A stretch of DNA of 64,000 nt from Chrysomallon squamiferum (Eukaryota > Animalia > Mollusca): contig CM022673.1 of assembly GCA_012295275.1 (NCBI GenBank), positions 6,138,001 through 6,202,000 on the forward strand, written 5' to 3'. The translations under genes were made by a program, and so were the position numbers. A model generated the notes under the pieces. The model was not told the origin of the DNA. It saw only the letters and a program-made list of their open reading frames with translations, and made no database searches. Positions 1 to 15,000 of the stretch are shown piece after piece (positions within the stretch are counted from its first letter, which is position 1; every line of letters starts with the position of its first letter).

Positions 1-578
1 ATTGATTAGTTCGACTGTTGTGCCATTAAGGAAAAAACCTGCAGGGCACCTGGTTAAGTGTTGACAACGGCCGATCAAAGGTGCGTTGATGGCGTCCCCA
101 GCGGTGACGACGTTGTAGAATTAAACCTAGAGCATGTTTCAATTTACCATTTCTTTATTTTATTTATTTATTTTTTTTTCTCTCTCCCTCTCTCTCAAGT
201 CTTAAGCAATAATAATTATAAAATCTGTATTATTATTTCCTATGCATGTTTTGTTTTATTACTGTGGATGTTTAAACGTAACGCAGTGTGTGTGTATAGA
301 TGTGGACGGAAGAACCATCGCGATCAACTAAATAAAAATAAATCTTATCTCATTTTACCCTGGTACCAGTCAGTGACCTGCGCACTGAGATATCTCTTGT
401 TTGACCGTCTTCACAGAATTACTGTAGACATTACTCTTGAAATCACCTGAAAATCCTTTAACAGCTAGATGTATTGAACAGATCTTGGAATACACATGAT
501 TAGCACTTGTTTATTTACTTAGTGCTGGTTTGTTTATTTGTTTCTTTAATAATATATCATTCTGTTCATTTAAATCAA

Positions 579-623
<45 letters not shown>

Positions 624-2377
624 CACGTATTCGTATATTTGCTTTTTAATGTAGATATATATATATTTTTTTTTATCTTAAAACGGAAAGAAAAACTTTT
701 AAAATTATTTTTATTTGTTTGTGTGAGCACTTACATGCTTGTTATAATGCTGTTGTATTTCAGTAGCATACTTTTAACAACAACGGTTATTGAACGTATT
801 ATAACACAATCATTTTTTTAATTAATTTATTTATTTTTTATTTTTTATTGTTGTAATATATGATAGAGAAGAAAAGATGTTCTTCAATGAGATGATCTTA
901 TTGTTTAACAACTTCATTTATTTGATACAAATCTTTTCATAGACAAGAAAACACATACCACAACCTTTAATAAGCCTCAGTTAAGACTGAATAATAACTT
1001 GAAGATTAATCCTGCTACCTAACACGCCTTAGGATAACGCTGTTTCCAGTAAGCTAACTGATCACTCTCTTAGAGATGATAATTACAACTATTCGATGAA
1101 AACAATGGATCCGGTTCATAATTATTATTAACTTTGTAAATAGCACACGCATCCTTAAATTTTCGTTATAAAATAATTCAAGAACATTAACCACGGTTAC
1201 ATCCACCGCCAACGAAGATACAACAAGCAACCTTTGTCTTGAATGTATAAGCACGCCTTCTTGGACAAAGAGTCTCGTAATGATAAATCAAAACTTATAA
1301 CGGAGCCAGCATCCAACACACTATAATTTGTATAAAGGTCAGTATACCAAAACAAAGCGTTATATATACTATTTTTTTTTCTTTAGATAGGTCAGTATAC
1401 AGAGAACAAACCTGGTGACCTAAGATTTAAGTTCAGTGTATTGTCGTGCAAATATTCAATTAACGTTCAAGATATTGCTGTACTGCGCACGCGATCAAGG
1501 CGTCTGGAATATCTACCGAAATCAGCGCCGTGTTTTAGCTGGTTAGTCAGTAAATGGTGTGGTGTAAGTGGATTTACACCTATGTTATTAATTTTGCACG
1601 AGAATGCGACTTGCCTGCGCCATCGGTATCTGATAACGTTAAATTAAGTAAACGAATGAATATTTGTTCAAAGGTATCCTAAAACATTTTAATAATATTA
1701 GTTTCATGTAGGTTTCCTATAATGTTTGATATAAAAAGCCAAAAATAAATAATAAATAAATAAATAAATAAATAAAAATAATAATAATAATAATAATAAA
1801 TAATAAAAAAATCCTTCCGTACGCATACATACCAAGGGTTTTCAATATACTCATCTGAAATGCGGTCACTTTTTGCATCGGGTAAAACGAACCACTGATT
1901 GATTACCTATTTCTTACGAGGCATGCGCAGTACTACAAAAGATTACGTGGAGTGAATTGAAACCAAAAATTATGAAATAGTTAAAAGAGTTTATTCCATT
2001 TGTATTGTGGTGGAATTTAGTTTAAAGATCATAAATCCCGTTAAAGGGAATATAATTTAATCCAAGTTCCCACCGTATTTTCGTCCATATTTTATAGTTT
2101 TAGCCTCAAAACGACATGGTCTATGGACTGAGGCAAAATAACTATTGTCATAATAAAAATAAATGAACTAAAATGGTTCTGTGATTTAACGACAATGGTA
2201 GAACATACATATATACATTAATAGCCTTTGAAAAAGAGAATGGTGCAACACAATTACACCTAATCAGAAGAAAAATTTAGTTTTTAATCGGAAAATAAAC
2301 GGTAGAGCGAGAGTAGATTACCTCCCTTTTAAACTGCAAATTTGTTTCAGCGGTCAATAATAATTATGTGGAAATAC

Positions 2378-2380
<3 letters not shown>

Positions 2381-2434
<54 letters not shown>
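2381..2434. repeat. (CT)n microsatellite
   Basis: Perfect dinucleotide run. Confidence 0.95.
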
Positions 2435-2442
<8 letters not shown>

Positions 2443-2578
2443 ATACGGTATATATAAAATATTTACACATACACACACATACGTACACACACAGACATAT
2501 AGATACCTACCTATTTTTTTCACTGGTGTTTCACAATGTATACAATATTATACATATGTAAATACATTTTTATATGAA

Positions 2579-2615
<37 letters not shown>

Positions 2616-3125
2616 CACTAACCACACACACACAAATACCTCGAAAAATATATACGCCCCACATATTCTTAATCATTGCGTCGGCTCGATCTAATAAATA
2701 GATAATAGATTATCTCTAGCAAAACAAACAGTTTATATTTTGGAGACTAATGCGAATGCCAGAAGTATTAACTAAAATATTCGTTACTGGTAATGTTCAG
2801 AGTATTTTTCTCCCATTAAGCTAAGTGTATAAGATCTTTTCTCCAGGTAGATCCATGCAGAAGTGGAAATATTTGAATCGTTTAATGGGGTGCGTCGCTT
2901 AATGGCAGGAAATACAACGGAATTAATGATCGGTCACGTGAATAAAATTGCTTGGTGACTGCGGGTTATTTTTTTTTTTTTTTTTTTTTTTTTAAATATA
3001 TTTTCCAAAGGTTTCAAGGATTTTATTTACTAATGTCATATCTTGCGGAAGCGAATTATTATAGTTGTTTTCTTGTTGTTTTTACAGTTCTTCGTTTGTT
3101 TATTGTTCTTTTATTTATTTATTTA

Positions 3126-3500
3126 TTTTTTTTTTTTTTTTTTTTTTTTTTTATTATTATTATTAGTAGTAGTAGTAGTAGTAATAATAGTAGTAGGAGT
3201 AGTAGTAGTAGTAATAGTAGTAGTAGTAGTAGTAGTAGTAGTAATAGTTGTAGTAGTAGTAGTAGTAACAGCACTTTTTGTTGTTCTGATGGTGGTGACG
3301 CTGTTTGTGGTAACAGTATTTAATAACAGTAGTTGTAATGGTGGTAATAATGCCGGGGATAGGTGTGATCCTGGTAATAGTAGTAGGAATGCATGCAACA
3401 GAAGCAAACAGCAGAAGAAGTAGCAGTAACAGTGGTAATAGCAGTAACAGCTGTAACAGCAGTAACAGTACTAATTACTGTAGTTATAGTAGTAGCGAAC
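3126..3500. repeat. poly-T followed by compound (TTA)n/(AGT)n and degenerate trinucleotide repeats
   Basis: Directly visible. Confidence 0.9.
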
Positions 3501-3726
3501 TATTTTGTTACTGTTTGTTTTTATATATATATTCTTTATTCTTTTTGCAAATATAAAATTTCAACTCGACACTTAATATCACAACAGGAGAAGATTATTT
3601 TCTGACATCAGATTTTTAAGTTAACCATACAATTGATGCATATCTTCAGATAAAACCCCCTCAAAAACAAACAAACAAAAAACAAAACAAAATTTTTTTT
3701 TTTTTTATACAATTTTCATCCACAGT

Positions 3727-3892
3727 AAGTATTCTTTCACGTGCTCTTTCCAAAACCAGGAAATACATACCAAATACCTTTGATAACAGACACAGCCTGC
3801 AACGATAAACTGTTCAAAGGACGCAACGAAGGGGAATGATCCTGCGACCCTCGCGTTTTGGGTCAGCACCCAAACCGCCGGTTTACGAGCCT
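3727..3892 (-). mobile_element. Degenerate tRNA-derived SINE fragment
   Basis: Minus strand GGCTCGTAAACCGGCGGTTTGGGTGCTGACCCAAAACGCGAGGGTCGCAGGATCATTCCCC has tRNA-like spacing of decayed A and B boxes. It is followed by GCGTCCTTTGAACA and GCACGTGAAAGAATAC, which resemble SINE body motifs (recalled). It does not fold into a valid tRNA. Confidence 0.4.
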
Positions 3893-4241
3893 CTCTCACT
3901 GGAAGTTATTTAGTGGGTTTGTTTTAAGTGGAATTTCTGCAATAAAAGCGTACACAAACTAAAACCTCTAAAGCCTTATATTCTTTGGCTTATCCACTTC
4001 CCTACCGATACCAGTGGCAAACGAAGCGTTACATCTGTAAAAAGGTTTTATCTGATGGTCGGGACAGAGGCAGAGTGTGTTGATATCCAACAGAAGCTCG
4101 TGAAAATAACGTTTATTCCACGGAGCATCGTTACGTTACATAAAAACCGTTATGGTCTGATATTAAAATACGTGATGAAATTACTCATGTAAAGGAAAGG
4201 TAATCGACGTGTTAGAAAACTGATTCTTAGTTAAGAAACAT

Positions 4242-4298
4242 TTCTTCTTCTTCTTCTTCTTCTTCTTCTTCTTCTTCTTCTTCTTCTTCGTCTTCTTC
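4242..4298. repeat. (TTC)n microsatellite
   Basis: Directly visible. Confidence 0.95.
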
Positions 4299-4435
4299 TT
4301 TGTCATTACGAGAACTAATAACAGCAGCTTTAATTATATCCACGTTTGAGTATGCATGATAACATTCACTAATATTATAATACATTATCTGAAGCATAGC
4401 ATTAACGAATTTCTCTGATCTGTATTAATCAATCC

Positions 4436-4635
4436 GTCTGCCTGCCTATCTCTCTGTCTGTCTGTCTATCTGTCTATCTATCTATCTATCTATTTATCTG
4501 TCTGTCTGTCTATCTGTCTGTCTCTCTATCTATATGTCTGTCTGTCTGTCTATCTATCTATCTGTCTGTCTTTTTACCTGTTTATCTAGTTATCTATCTA
4601 CCTACCTAATAAATAAATAAATAAATAAATAAAAT
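4436..4635. repeat. Compound (TCTG)/(TCTA)/(AAAT) tetranucleotide repeat
   Basis: Directly visible. Confidence 0.9.
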
Positions 4636-5559
4636 AAACATTTGTGATTATATCACTAATATTCCCAACACACAAATGCAGAAAAAGACGCTTCATATTT
4701 ATTCACTGTTCTATGCAGTTAATTAGAACCCAGAATAAGCAGCTAAATAATACATTTCACAGCCATTAACTACTCAGTCAGTGATGAAGGTGTTATACCA
4801 GTTAATTATTTTTCACTGAAATGTAAAACCTACTTTTTAAATTTACTCAGATTATTTAAATGCTTGTAAAGAAGAAAATAAATAAAATTTAAAAAAACAA
4901 ACACGCAAACCCACATCGATCTAAAATAAATACGCTAAGTTGCTTTAATCTTTATAATGGAATAAAGTAATATAAAAATGTAAAAACAGTAATAAAATGA
5001 AAAGAATACATATACAGATTAACATAATTTCATGAATTCTTTAGAGATTTTATTAAACAGACACATGTTTCTATAATCTCTCTGTATATATATATATATA
5101 TATTTACAAAATTTAAAATAATATTTAGAAATAAACAACATTATTCTTTTCAGCTTGGTTTGATGTATTATTCATTATGTAAATGTAGTGTGCTAGAACA
5201 CTTTGTTTTCAGAAGCGAAATGAAACATCGTTGCCAGTGTAACTTTGAATACAAATATTATTACAATGCAAGGCACTGCACGAAACTCATCAATGTCACT
5301 GTTAAAACGTTAAATGATGTTTTTTTTTAAATTTTTATTAATTAGTCTATTGCTACTGTTACTTTCAGGCTTTCTTTATTACAAAGACGCAAAAATATGT
5401 ATGGTTAGAAACTGTGAAATATTAAGATTAATTAATTAATTTTTAATTTAAAAAAAAAAAGAAGAAGAAAAAAATTGTTTCATTTCGAATCACATGAACA
5501 TATTGATTAATTTTCTGTCTGATTCAGGATGTCCGGTTTTGTTATTTTTGTCTTGCAAA

Positions 5560-5945
5560 CGTTAGTGGAAAGAGTTGTAGTAGTTTTAATAGTAGTGGTG
5601 TTTGTAGTATTTGTAGTTGTAGAAATAATAGTAGTAGTGCTAGTAGTGGTGGTGGTGATGATTGTGGTGGTAGTCGTACATTGTTTTTGTTGTTGTAATT
5701 GTTGTATTTCTAGTGGTGGTGGTACTGATAGTAGCAACAGTAGCAGTAGTGGTAGTAATAGTAGTGAGATAGTAGATAGCAGATGTAGTTTTAATAGTTA
5801 AAGTAGCAGTAGAACAAACAAAAAAAGTAGTTATAACAGTAGTAGTAGTAGCAGCAGTTTTGTTTTTGTTGTTGTAGTATTAATAGTTTCAGTTTAGAAG
5901 AAAGTAATAGTAATTAGTAGTAGTAGGACAGCAGCAGCAGCAGTT
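5560..5945. repeat. Degenerate (AGT/GTT/GGT)n trinucleotide tract
   Basis: Directly visible. Confidence 0.85.
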
Positions 5946-8900
5946 TCGGACTAGAAGTATTCATGAAAAGTAACATGGAAACAAACAGTTAATATGATTA
6001 GCCTTGAATGCAGTGGGCGGAGTGTTTTGCATGCAGAATCTTTTTTTACTTGAATCCCTTTAATTTCACTTCACCATGTTCATTATCAGCTTTCATACCC
6101 GTTTCAAGGAATTCACAGCAGCTTCAAATATTTCTGTCACGTTTTACGTCTGCTCAGGGGAGAGAACACGAAGAGAAATTACATGTTTTGTGAGGTATAT
6201 GCATTTCTTTTATTTCTTTAAGTGAAATTTAACCTTTAGTGCTACGAGAGAAAAATTTTAGGAACAACTAACACGATTAATTCGTCTTTTCTTTTTATTT
6301 TAGTATCTGTATTTTTTTTTTTTTTTTTTATTTAGATCAGGATTAAATGACATGATCAGTCAATCCTTCCCTTAATCAGTCCGTCCGTCAGTCTGTATAT
6401 CTGTTTGCCTGTTTGTCGGTTGTTCGGTCCATGTTTGTGGATATCTACCAATCCATCTTTATGTCTGCCTTTTCTTTTATCAAATTTACATAAATATGCA
6501 TCCATATGTGTAAGTTTAGAAAGTTTAAGATATTAAGATTATTTAAATTAGTCCAAGCGATTTTTGTATTGTTTGATTAATTAAAATTAAATAATTAATT
6601 TAAAAGAATATGCGAGATATGTTTCAGTTAAAGATGCATTTTGGTCTCCTTTGCCTAGTTTTAAAATAACTGTTTAAAAATAATTCGTGACGTCATATCG
6701 TTGTATATTGGAAAAACATGTCATCGACAAGTCGTTTCCTTCATGAACAGAGGGTCACATCCAGTCAAATAACACGAAGCCAAATACCTCGAATTACATT
6801 TTATATCACCACCACCACCACCTACTAAACCAACAACAAGAAAAACAACAACAACAACAGCAACAACAACAACAACAACAACAATAATAATAATAATAAT
6901 AATGTATAATGTATAATAATAATAATAATAAAGTATAATGTATAATAATAATGAATTTCATTTGCCTTTTAATTATGTAATGTCTATTTATTTTTATTCC
7001 AAGCTGTTTACTAATAAATTTTTATTTAGTAAAGAAGGAGAAATATTTCGCAAGAAAACCAAAGCGTCATTGCAGAAACAGCTCAAATATCGCTAAGCAG
7101 TTTCCAAAAAGATTTCCAAGATTCAAAGAGCATCAATAGTATAAATAAACAAATAAATAAATAAATCAAACAAAATAAAGTAAAGTAAAAAAAAATATAT
7201 ATTTAAAATAATAGAATGAAATAAATTACTCGATTTAAGGGAACGATAATATACATAACTGAGTGACATTTCATGAACCATTTTGGATTCTTTATAAAGA
7301 AAATTACTTTCTCCCTCGGAATTATGTCGCTTTTTATTCTTGTCCATTTATAGTGCATCTTGTGACCCTTACCTTTTGAATTTCTTAACGAAATATAGAA
7401 CGACGTCACGCTACAGCCAAATTTAGATATCAGCTTTCTGGGAATAGAGAAGCTAAGGACTTTAACAGAGCTGCATAGGTAGAGCTTCATCACAAGCAGA
7501 TGGTTGTTTATCGCTTTGTTTTTCAGGTACACACCGCGTTCTTTGTAATTATAAAGATTCTCTAAGACTGCGAATAGTTCTCTGACCAATTATGAAGTGT
7601 CAGAATGGTTCTATATGAATGTTTATGATGACAAAGAAACATTTGCTTCCTGTGATGTTTTCTCTGTTTCTTAAATGATGCGACTGTCCTTTTCAATAAC
7701 CTATTTTTTTTTTTTTTTTTTTTTTATGTATGTCCAATTCTTTTTCTCTCTGCGGCTTCACCAGTCGCTTTCTCTCGTTATGTCTGTTGTGTGTTCTTGT
7801 ATTTCTTTCTTTCCATCAACGCGCGCCTGTATTTATTTCACTCAACATAAACGTTATTTCTGTTTCCACATTCTTTTTTTTTATTACATCATAATTAATG
7901 ATTATAAATGCAAAACTCATTTTACACACACACACACACACACGCATATACCTACCTTCCTACTACGTATCTACCTAATTAGCTTATTTTTATTTATTTT
8001 GTATCTATTATTTTTAATTTATTTACGTTTTTGTCTCAATGGTTCCCTCCTTTCAGTGTATTCCAACTCTTTAATTGCGTTTCATTGCTTTGACTTTTAC
8101 AAGAGCCATCGTGGATCTTTTTGAGGAGAGATAAAAAAAAAAAAAAAAAAAAGACCCAATAAAAGCAATTAATTCTATCACCTGGAATAATTTAATAGTT
8201 CTGGATAAAAAAAAAAAAAAAAAAATCTAAAACAATCTTCAATTCCATCGAGTTTAACGGTTTCTCTAACATGATGACCTTTTACGTGGACGTCTTTTTC
8301 GTGGCCCAAGGACATTTTCAGGTCTGGCAAGGACTGACATCAAAGAACGGGCGGAACAGGCTGGTCAGAAATAATATAAACATTTTTGCTAGCGGCCGTT
8401 AGAGGAGTTATAAATATCGATGAATCATCATTTGACATTTGGATTGGTTTTCAGTTTACAAGGAGAAGAAGCAAGCAGTGCACGCATTCTTGGACTGAAA
8501 CTTTTACTTCTGTTTTGTGTGAGTCTGGTCCACATCGGAGTTTCAGAGTAGTAATGATTTATTATTTTAACTGAGGTGTTTAACAGTAGTGGTAGTAGTA
8601 GTAGCAGAAGCAGCAGCAGTAGTTATAATAGTAGTTGTAGTAGTAGCAGTAGTAGCAGTAGTAATTGTTAAAATGTTAAATGTTTATTTTATTTTTAAAT
8701 ATCGTTATGTTAATTAATTTGTTTATTAAATTATTTATTATTTATATATTGTATTAAATTTATTAAATATATGCAGTATGTTTGTATGTATGTATTTACT
8801 TATTTAGTTACTTATTTATTTTTAATTGTTGAAAAGGAAAAAAAAACAAGTTTCATATTATATCACAAGAACATATTGATTAATCTTCCATCCATCTATT

Positions 8901-8954
8901 AGTAATATGTGAAGTAGCAAAACTATTCATAATAATAAAAGAAAATAATTATTA

Positions 8955-8998
<44 letters not shown>

Positions 8999-9601
8999 TA
9001 TTACTATATTCGTGTTTGTGTTGCTTTTGTTATTTATTAGTTACTACTGATCTTCGTATCGTTCACTATTCCTATCACGGGTTTACTCTCCATTGTTACT
9101 CTTCTGCTGAAGACTGTTCAGTGCCAGTTACTGAGTGGAGAGGTTTGTGCAGATCAGTCTGGTCTGAAGTCTGTGGTTAAGTGACAGATGATCTGACTGG
9201 CAGGTAGTGAGATCGCATTTATCTCTCGGCTTCTGCGCAGAACGAGTTGAAAGATCTCAGTAATGTGAGAGGTGCCAGAAATGCATCAGGTGTGGGGGTG
9301 GTGTTAGTGTTTTTTTTTTTCTATGAAAACAGTTTTATTTTCGTTTTTCAGTATTTTTCTACATAAGCTTACTAGTGCAGTTAGATTCAATTAAGATACA
9401 GAGTTAAATATGTTGATGAAACAGATATAGTGCTCTTCCGGATAATACAAAATTAAGGTCAGCAGGGAAAAAAAAAAATGGAGCAAAGAAACAGATAATA
9501 TATGAAAGAAAGAAAAAAACGAAAGGAAGAAAGGAATTACAAATGATTCCTTAATTTCTTTTTATTTAATTACTTACTTATTTATGTTGTTGTTGTTGTT
9601 G

Positions 9602-9651
<50 letters not shown>

Positions 9652-11054
9652 TCAGTTTATAAAATACGGAATTCGAAATATACAATAAAAAATAATAATA
9701 ATAATAAAACGCGCTAGTGATATTAACCCCTCCCAGAGACCCGTTATAATATTCTTGTGTCTGAAATCCGCTAATAACCAATTTCTAGCACTTGCTTACT
9801 TTGCTCAGAGGAGTTCGTGCCCCCGGCAGACGCATCTGTTATTAAAGCACATGCCTCGTGAGTGTTGTTTTCTTTCAAATCAGCCGTGTTTTTACACGCC
9901 CGTACATGCGTGGTTGCATAATTGCGGTCAGACGGGCGGGACATGCAGTCAATAAGCAAATCTCTTATGAAAACCTTGTCAAAACGCGGGAATAATTTGG
10001 TTTCTTACAACACTTTTCTTTTTCCTGTTTCGGTTAATTATAATTTCCCGTGCCCCGAGTAAAGAAAACAGAAATTCGCCTTTGCCGGTTTTACTAGTAA
10101 AAAAATTGTCTTCACTAACCAAGTTAAGCATCCGTCTGTTTTTGTGGAAATTGTTTGGTGCCTCTTTCCACCTAGTACAGGAAATGAATTGACACGGAAA
10201 ACAAATTTCCCTTACGCTTCATAAAACAGAAAGCAGAACCATAAGGAAAAGCTCAATAATTATTCACAAGTTTCAGACGTGGCCATCTTATAAGTTGTCT
10301 CCCTTGAGGCTTGACCGTTTGCCGGGATTTTGTGTCGAAGTGCGCGAAGACCAGTCCACGGATTGATTATTGAAGGTGGCGAGCCTAAAACGTGTCCCGG
10401 TATCAGCATCTAGATCAGAAATAACTGATCATGTATGTTTTGTCCGCGCGTTTGATATGAATAATGCATTAACACATTCTACATATTGAAAACAAACGAT
10501 TATTTCCCATCTTTATTTTTTTCTTTTTCTACAAATTAATAAAGACTATATGAAACGACAATATTCTTTTTCATGCAGTATTTGAATTTTAAATTGGTTT
10601 TCAGTACGTGTAATGGTTCTAAATAAAAACGAAAGAGCCAAAGACAAAAATTTAAACAAATGACTAAAAAATAATAAATAAATAATAATAATAAATAAAT
10701 AAATAATAATAATAATAATAAATAATAATAATAATAAATAATAATAATAATAATAATAAATAATAATAAATAATGATAATAATAAATAAATAAAAGATAA
10801 ATCAACGAATATTTAATCCATGAGTCAGCAGAATTTGATAGGGGGGTTTTGTGGGCTTTTTTGGTAGATCTATGTATGTAGATAATAAAATGATGTGATA
10901 GCCTTTCGTATCAAGTATATTTTTATCATTTGCACCCTGAAAAATCAACAGATTGTGGGAAAAATTTTGAAGCAAATTTTAGTGGTAGGGGAACTTAATT
11001 CTGAATAACTTTACTTTGGATCATCCTATCGTTATCCCTTTGTTACATATGCGC

Positions 11055-11057
<3 letters not shown>

Positions 11058-11131
<74 letters not shown>
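11058..11131. repeat. (CT)n microsatellite
   Basis: Perfect dinucleotide run. Confidence 0.95.
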
Positions 11132-11134
<3 letters not shown>

Positions 11135-12682
11135 AATAAATAAATAATTAAATAAATAAATGTACTATTGAACCTGAGAGAATAAATAACATGGCGTAAA
11201 ATAACCTGTAATTATTGTCGATTAAAACCAAAAAATAAAAAAAAATTAAAAATAAGAAAGAAAGAAAAAGAAAATAAATATCATTAAAGCGCGTTACTCA
11301 ATCACAAATTTCGACGAGGATGTTTTCAATTTATCACTCTCCAATTCGTTCCACTGGTTTCCATTGGTTGCACGGCGGGAATCCGTACCACGGCGAAAAC
11401 CAGTCTTTTTTTTCCTTATGACGTCGGAGCACCTGACAAAACTTTATTGAGTGACGTATTGAATGACGTTTGTAGTATCGAAAAATACTGTACTCCATAC
11501 CACTAGGTTTCATTCTGTTGATTCGGCAAATAATTTTGGGACTAAATCGATGGTTCTTTTCTATTTTCCGTTGAAAACTACTTTCTCGAAAACCAATAGC
11601 AATTTCTTCAAGTATTGAGATTTGGAAACGAAGTGAAACGAGAAAACCAGTCCTGTAAATTAAAGGTTATAATTAAGTTGGACTTGTCAATGCATTTTAA
11701 AATACCCCCTGGTTTCTCCCATGGCCAGATTCTCAAGACGAAGGTAGCAAATATGAAACTGTGTGTCGAAACAGACGCAATTCAAATCACTCGAAATCGA
11801 TGCAATTTGAATTTGAAAATCGAAATGTAATCAGGCTTATAGCTAGTCTTATCTTTTTAAAATTTATTTTCTTTCTGGTGTATTTTTTTTTTTTTTCTTT
11901 TTTCTATCTTATTAATTAACAGTGACTACAAATAAATAAATAAATAAATTCAGTTAGCAGCATTGGTAGGTAAATACTAAGACAGACATACAGACATACA
12001 GAGAGATGGTTAGATAGACAGCTAATGCGACAGACAGATATATAAATATATACATTCATACATATACACACATATACACACACATACATACATACTTATA
12101 TACTACATATACACATACAATACATATATTCAAGCATACATTCAAGCATATGTAGAATTATATACATATCTATCTACCAACATACTAACATTATACATAC
12201 ATACATGTCTCTTAATTAATATTTCTTATCGAAAATCATGGAGAGTTCATTTTTTCATGATCTAACTTTTGTTTGCTTGTTTTCTCACTTGATAAATGGG
12301 TCTAACATAAAACAAATGTAGAGAAAGTGATGTAACAATAAAATATGTTTTATTTTGGTCTCTGGAGAAGTATTGCTTGACGTACTTTCCAAAATGAAAA
12401 TATTTTTGTTACAATCCCTTACCCAAATAAAAATAATAATGAATGATTTCCTATTACTACCTTCATTTATAACCGTATACGAAATTTCTGAACGAAATTA
12501 TCCGAATCAAATACTTAAAAATAAATAAATAAAGAAAGAAAGAAACAAAGAAATAATTGTATTCATGATATTTAACTGTGTTTAATATGAACATAAGGTG
12601 ATGTACAAAAGATTGGTAATAAATTTACCCACTCTCTCTTGCTGCATAAAAAAGAACAAATATACCACCATTACTACTACTA

Positions 12683-12723
<41 letters not shown>

Positions 12724-12907
12724 ACTACTACTAATACTAATACTACTAATAACACATGGAACGATTATGTTTTAGCTATAGGGTGTTCCGAAACAGTACT
12801 GGTGTCTTTTCGCATATGTTTGCTGCGTTAACAAACTGAACTATGAAACTGGCATCCAGTTTAGCTCAGATACCATACCGAGCATAAGAGCATATACACA
12901 GTTGTAT

Positions 12908-12946
<39 letters not shown>

Positions 12947-12997
12947 TTATTATTATTAGTAGTGGTAGTTTTGTTTGTAGTAGTTTTTTTTTTTTTT

Positions 12998-13051
<54 letters not shown>

Positions 13052-13098
13052 CTCATACACAAAGCACAATACATATTACGATATCTAGATAGATGTGA

Positions 13099-13134
<36 letters not shown>

Positions 13135-13461
13135 TTAGTAGGTCCAAAAGCATTTGGAAAACTTGGGAAATCAATGCCAAACGTAATAGTGAGTGAAAAA
13201 CGTATTATTATTTAAATAACCCGTCTATTTCGTTACTTAGAATAATCAACCACCATAACAGTTGCAGCGTAATACATTGCGTGTCCCAGTCGACAGCTGG
13301 CGTGACTGGATTCCTAAACCAGCGAGTTGTAATTGTAAATGATGTATTATCGTATGTATTAATGTTCGAACCTCGGGGTACGTTTTAGACAGATTTTGAG
13401 AGAAAAAAAAAAAAAAAAAAAAAAAAACGAAGAAGAAGAAAATGATATTGACTTTCCCTTA

Positions 13462-13503
<42 letters not shown>

Positions 13504-14260
13504 ATCTGATAGAATGGAACATTTTTTGAGAAATGATACATGTTACATAATAATGGTAGTAGTAACAGTAACAACAACAATAGCAACAACAACAACAACA
13601 ACAGCAATAATGTATTTTGGAAGGATTGGATGAGGGGATTAAAGACATTTAATCTTTCTTTTGCGTCTACATGCAGCTGATGTGCAAACAATATTTTACT
13701 TTTTGTTATGACAGCAAATATATCAGTTTTCAGTTATCAAAACATTTAGACAGACAATAGATATATTTAAATAAAACAAAATATACAGTTAAAGCTATTG
13801 ATAAATAATAATAATAATAATAAGAAGAAGAAGAAGAAGAAGAAGATGATGATGATGATGATAATGATAATGATGATGATGATGATGAAAATGACGACAA
13901 TGGTAATCGTGATAAAAAATAAATAAGAGCAAACACGTAAATAAAATATATAGCAATTTTTTAAAGATAAAAAAGACCCTGCTGGTTTTGGTCTATAATC
14001 CTTTAGATTTATTACTTATTATTTAAACAGACAGACAGCAGACGCACGGAAAGATTAATGCTTTTGATTGAAAGTAAGTTTTTCCAAACTCGGGCTTTGC
14101 CAAATCCAAAATCGGCAATCTATATAGAGATCGCATATTACAGCGTTTGTCGTTTAAGCCGAATTGTAAATTATGCAATAAATCGATTTACACCATTTCG
14201 GAAACTATTGGGTTGTCCGAGAAAGTTTCGATCAAATTCTTAATTCTTCCTCTTTTTTTT

Positions 14261-14295
<35 letters not shown>

Positions 14296-14934
14296 TCCCA
14301 TTTTCAAACTTTTTTCCTTTCAGTTTTAATAATGGGGAAAAAAACACAAAAAAAAACCATTATCGTCACATCATTATTGTTAGTTCTACACTAATTATAA
14401 TCATCATTATCATTTTCATTTTCATCGTCATCATTATTATATATTATCATCATCATCATCATCATCATCATTATTATTTTTACTATTATCGTTATCTTTA
14501 TCATTATCATAATTATCATCATCAGTATTATTATAGTGATTTTTTAACCGATTAAAGAAGTATAATTGCACTATGTAATTTCTCGAACTGTATGTTTCGA
14601 TCATCGTTCTGTAATTGTATGAAACAGAGAACCGGAATGTACAAGCTGAACATTCTGTATTTATCAAAGTCTGCATCAACGCTTGCAGACAATGAAAAGT
14701 TTTATCCTGCTCGTCGCATTCTATTGTTTAATTTTACTTTCTGCAGTTGCCCGAAGCAAAACTGCTCGATCTAGCAGATACGTTTCTTTGATTTGATTTT
14801 TTAATTTAATTTTTTTTTTTTAATGAAAAATCGAAGAACAATAAAAAAAAAAAGAAAAGAAAAAAGAAAAGAAAGAAAGGTAAAGAATTGAAATAAATAA
14901 TTTATTTGGTTATAGAATACTGTGGATTAACGTT

Positions 14935-15000
14935 GGGCCGATGCGTAATTGGTCTTAGGATCAATACATTGTGCTGTTTCTCGTTCCAACCCAGTGCTCA
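14935..15000 (+). mobile_element. Degenerate SINE-like fragment (head portion)
   Basis: GATGCGTAATTGGTCTTAGGATCAAT...GCTGTTTCTCGTTCCAACCCAGTGCTCAC resembles an abundant gastropod SINE (recalled, unverified). Confidence 0.3.

Noticed and set aside
3830-3892. Functional tRNA gene
   Set aside because: The B box is degenerate (GGATCATTCCC) and there is no clean cloverleaf, so I treat it as a SINE head.
9106-9130. CTGAAGA as a hammerhead ribozyme core; also CTGATGA near 19821, 20013, 34794 and 38198
   Set aside because: None is followed by a stem II plus GAAA and a stem III.
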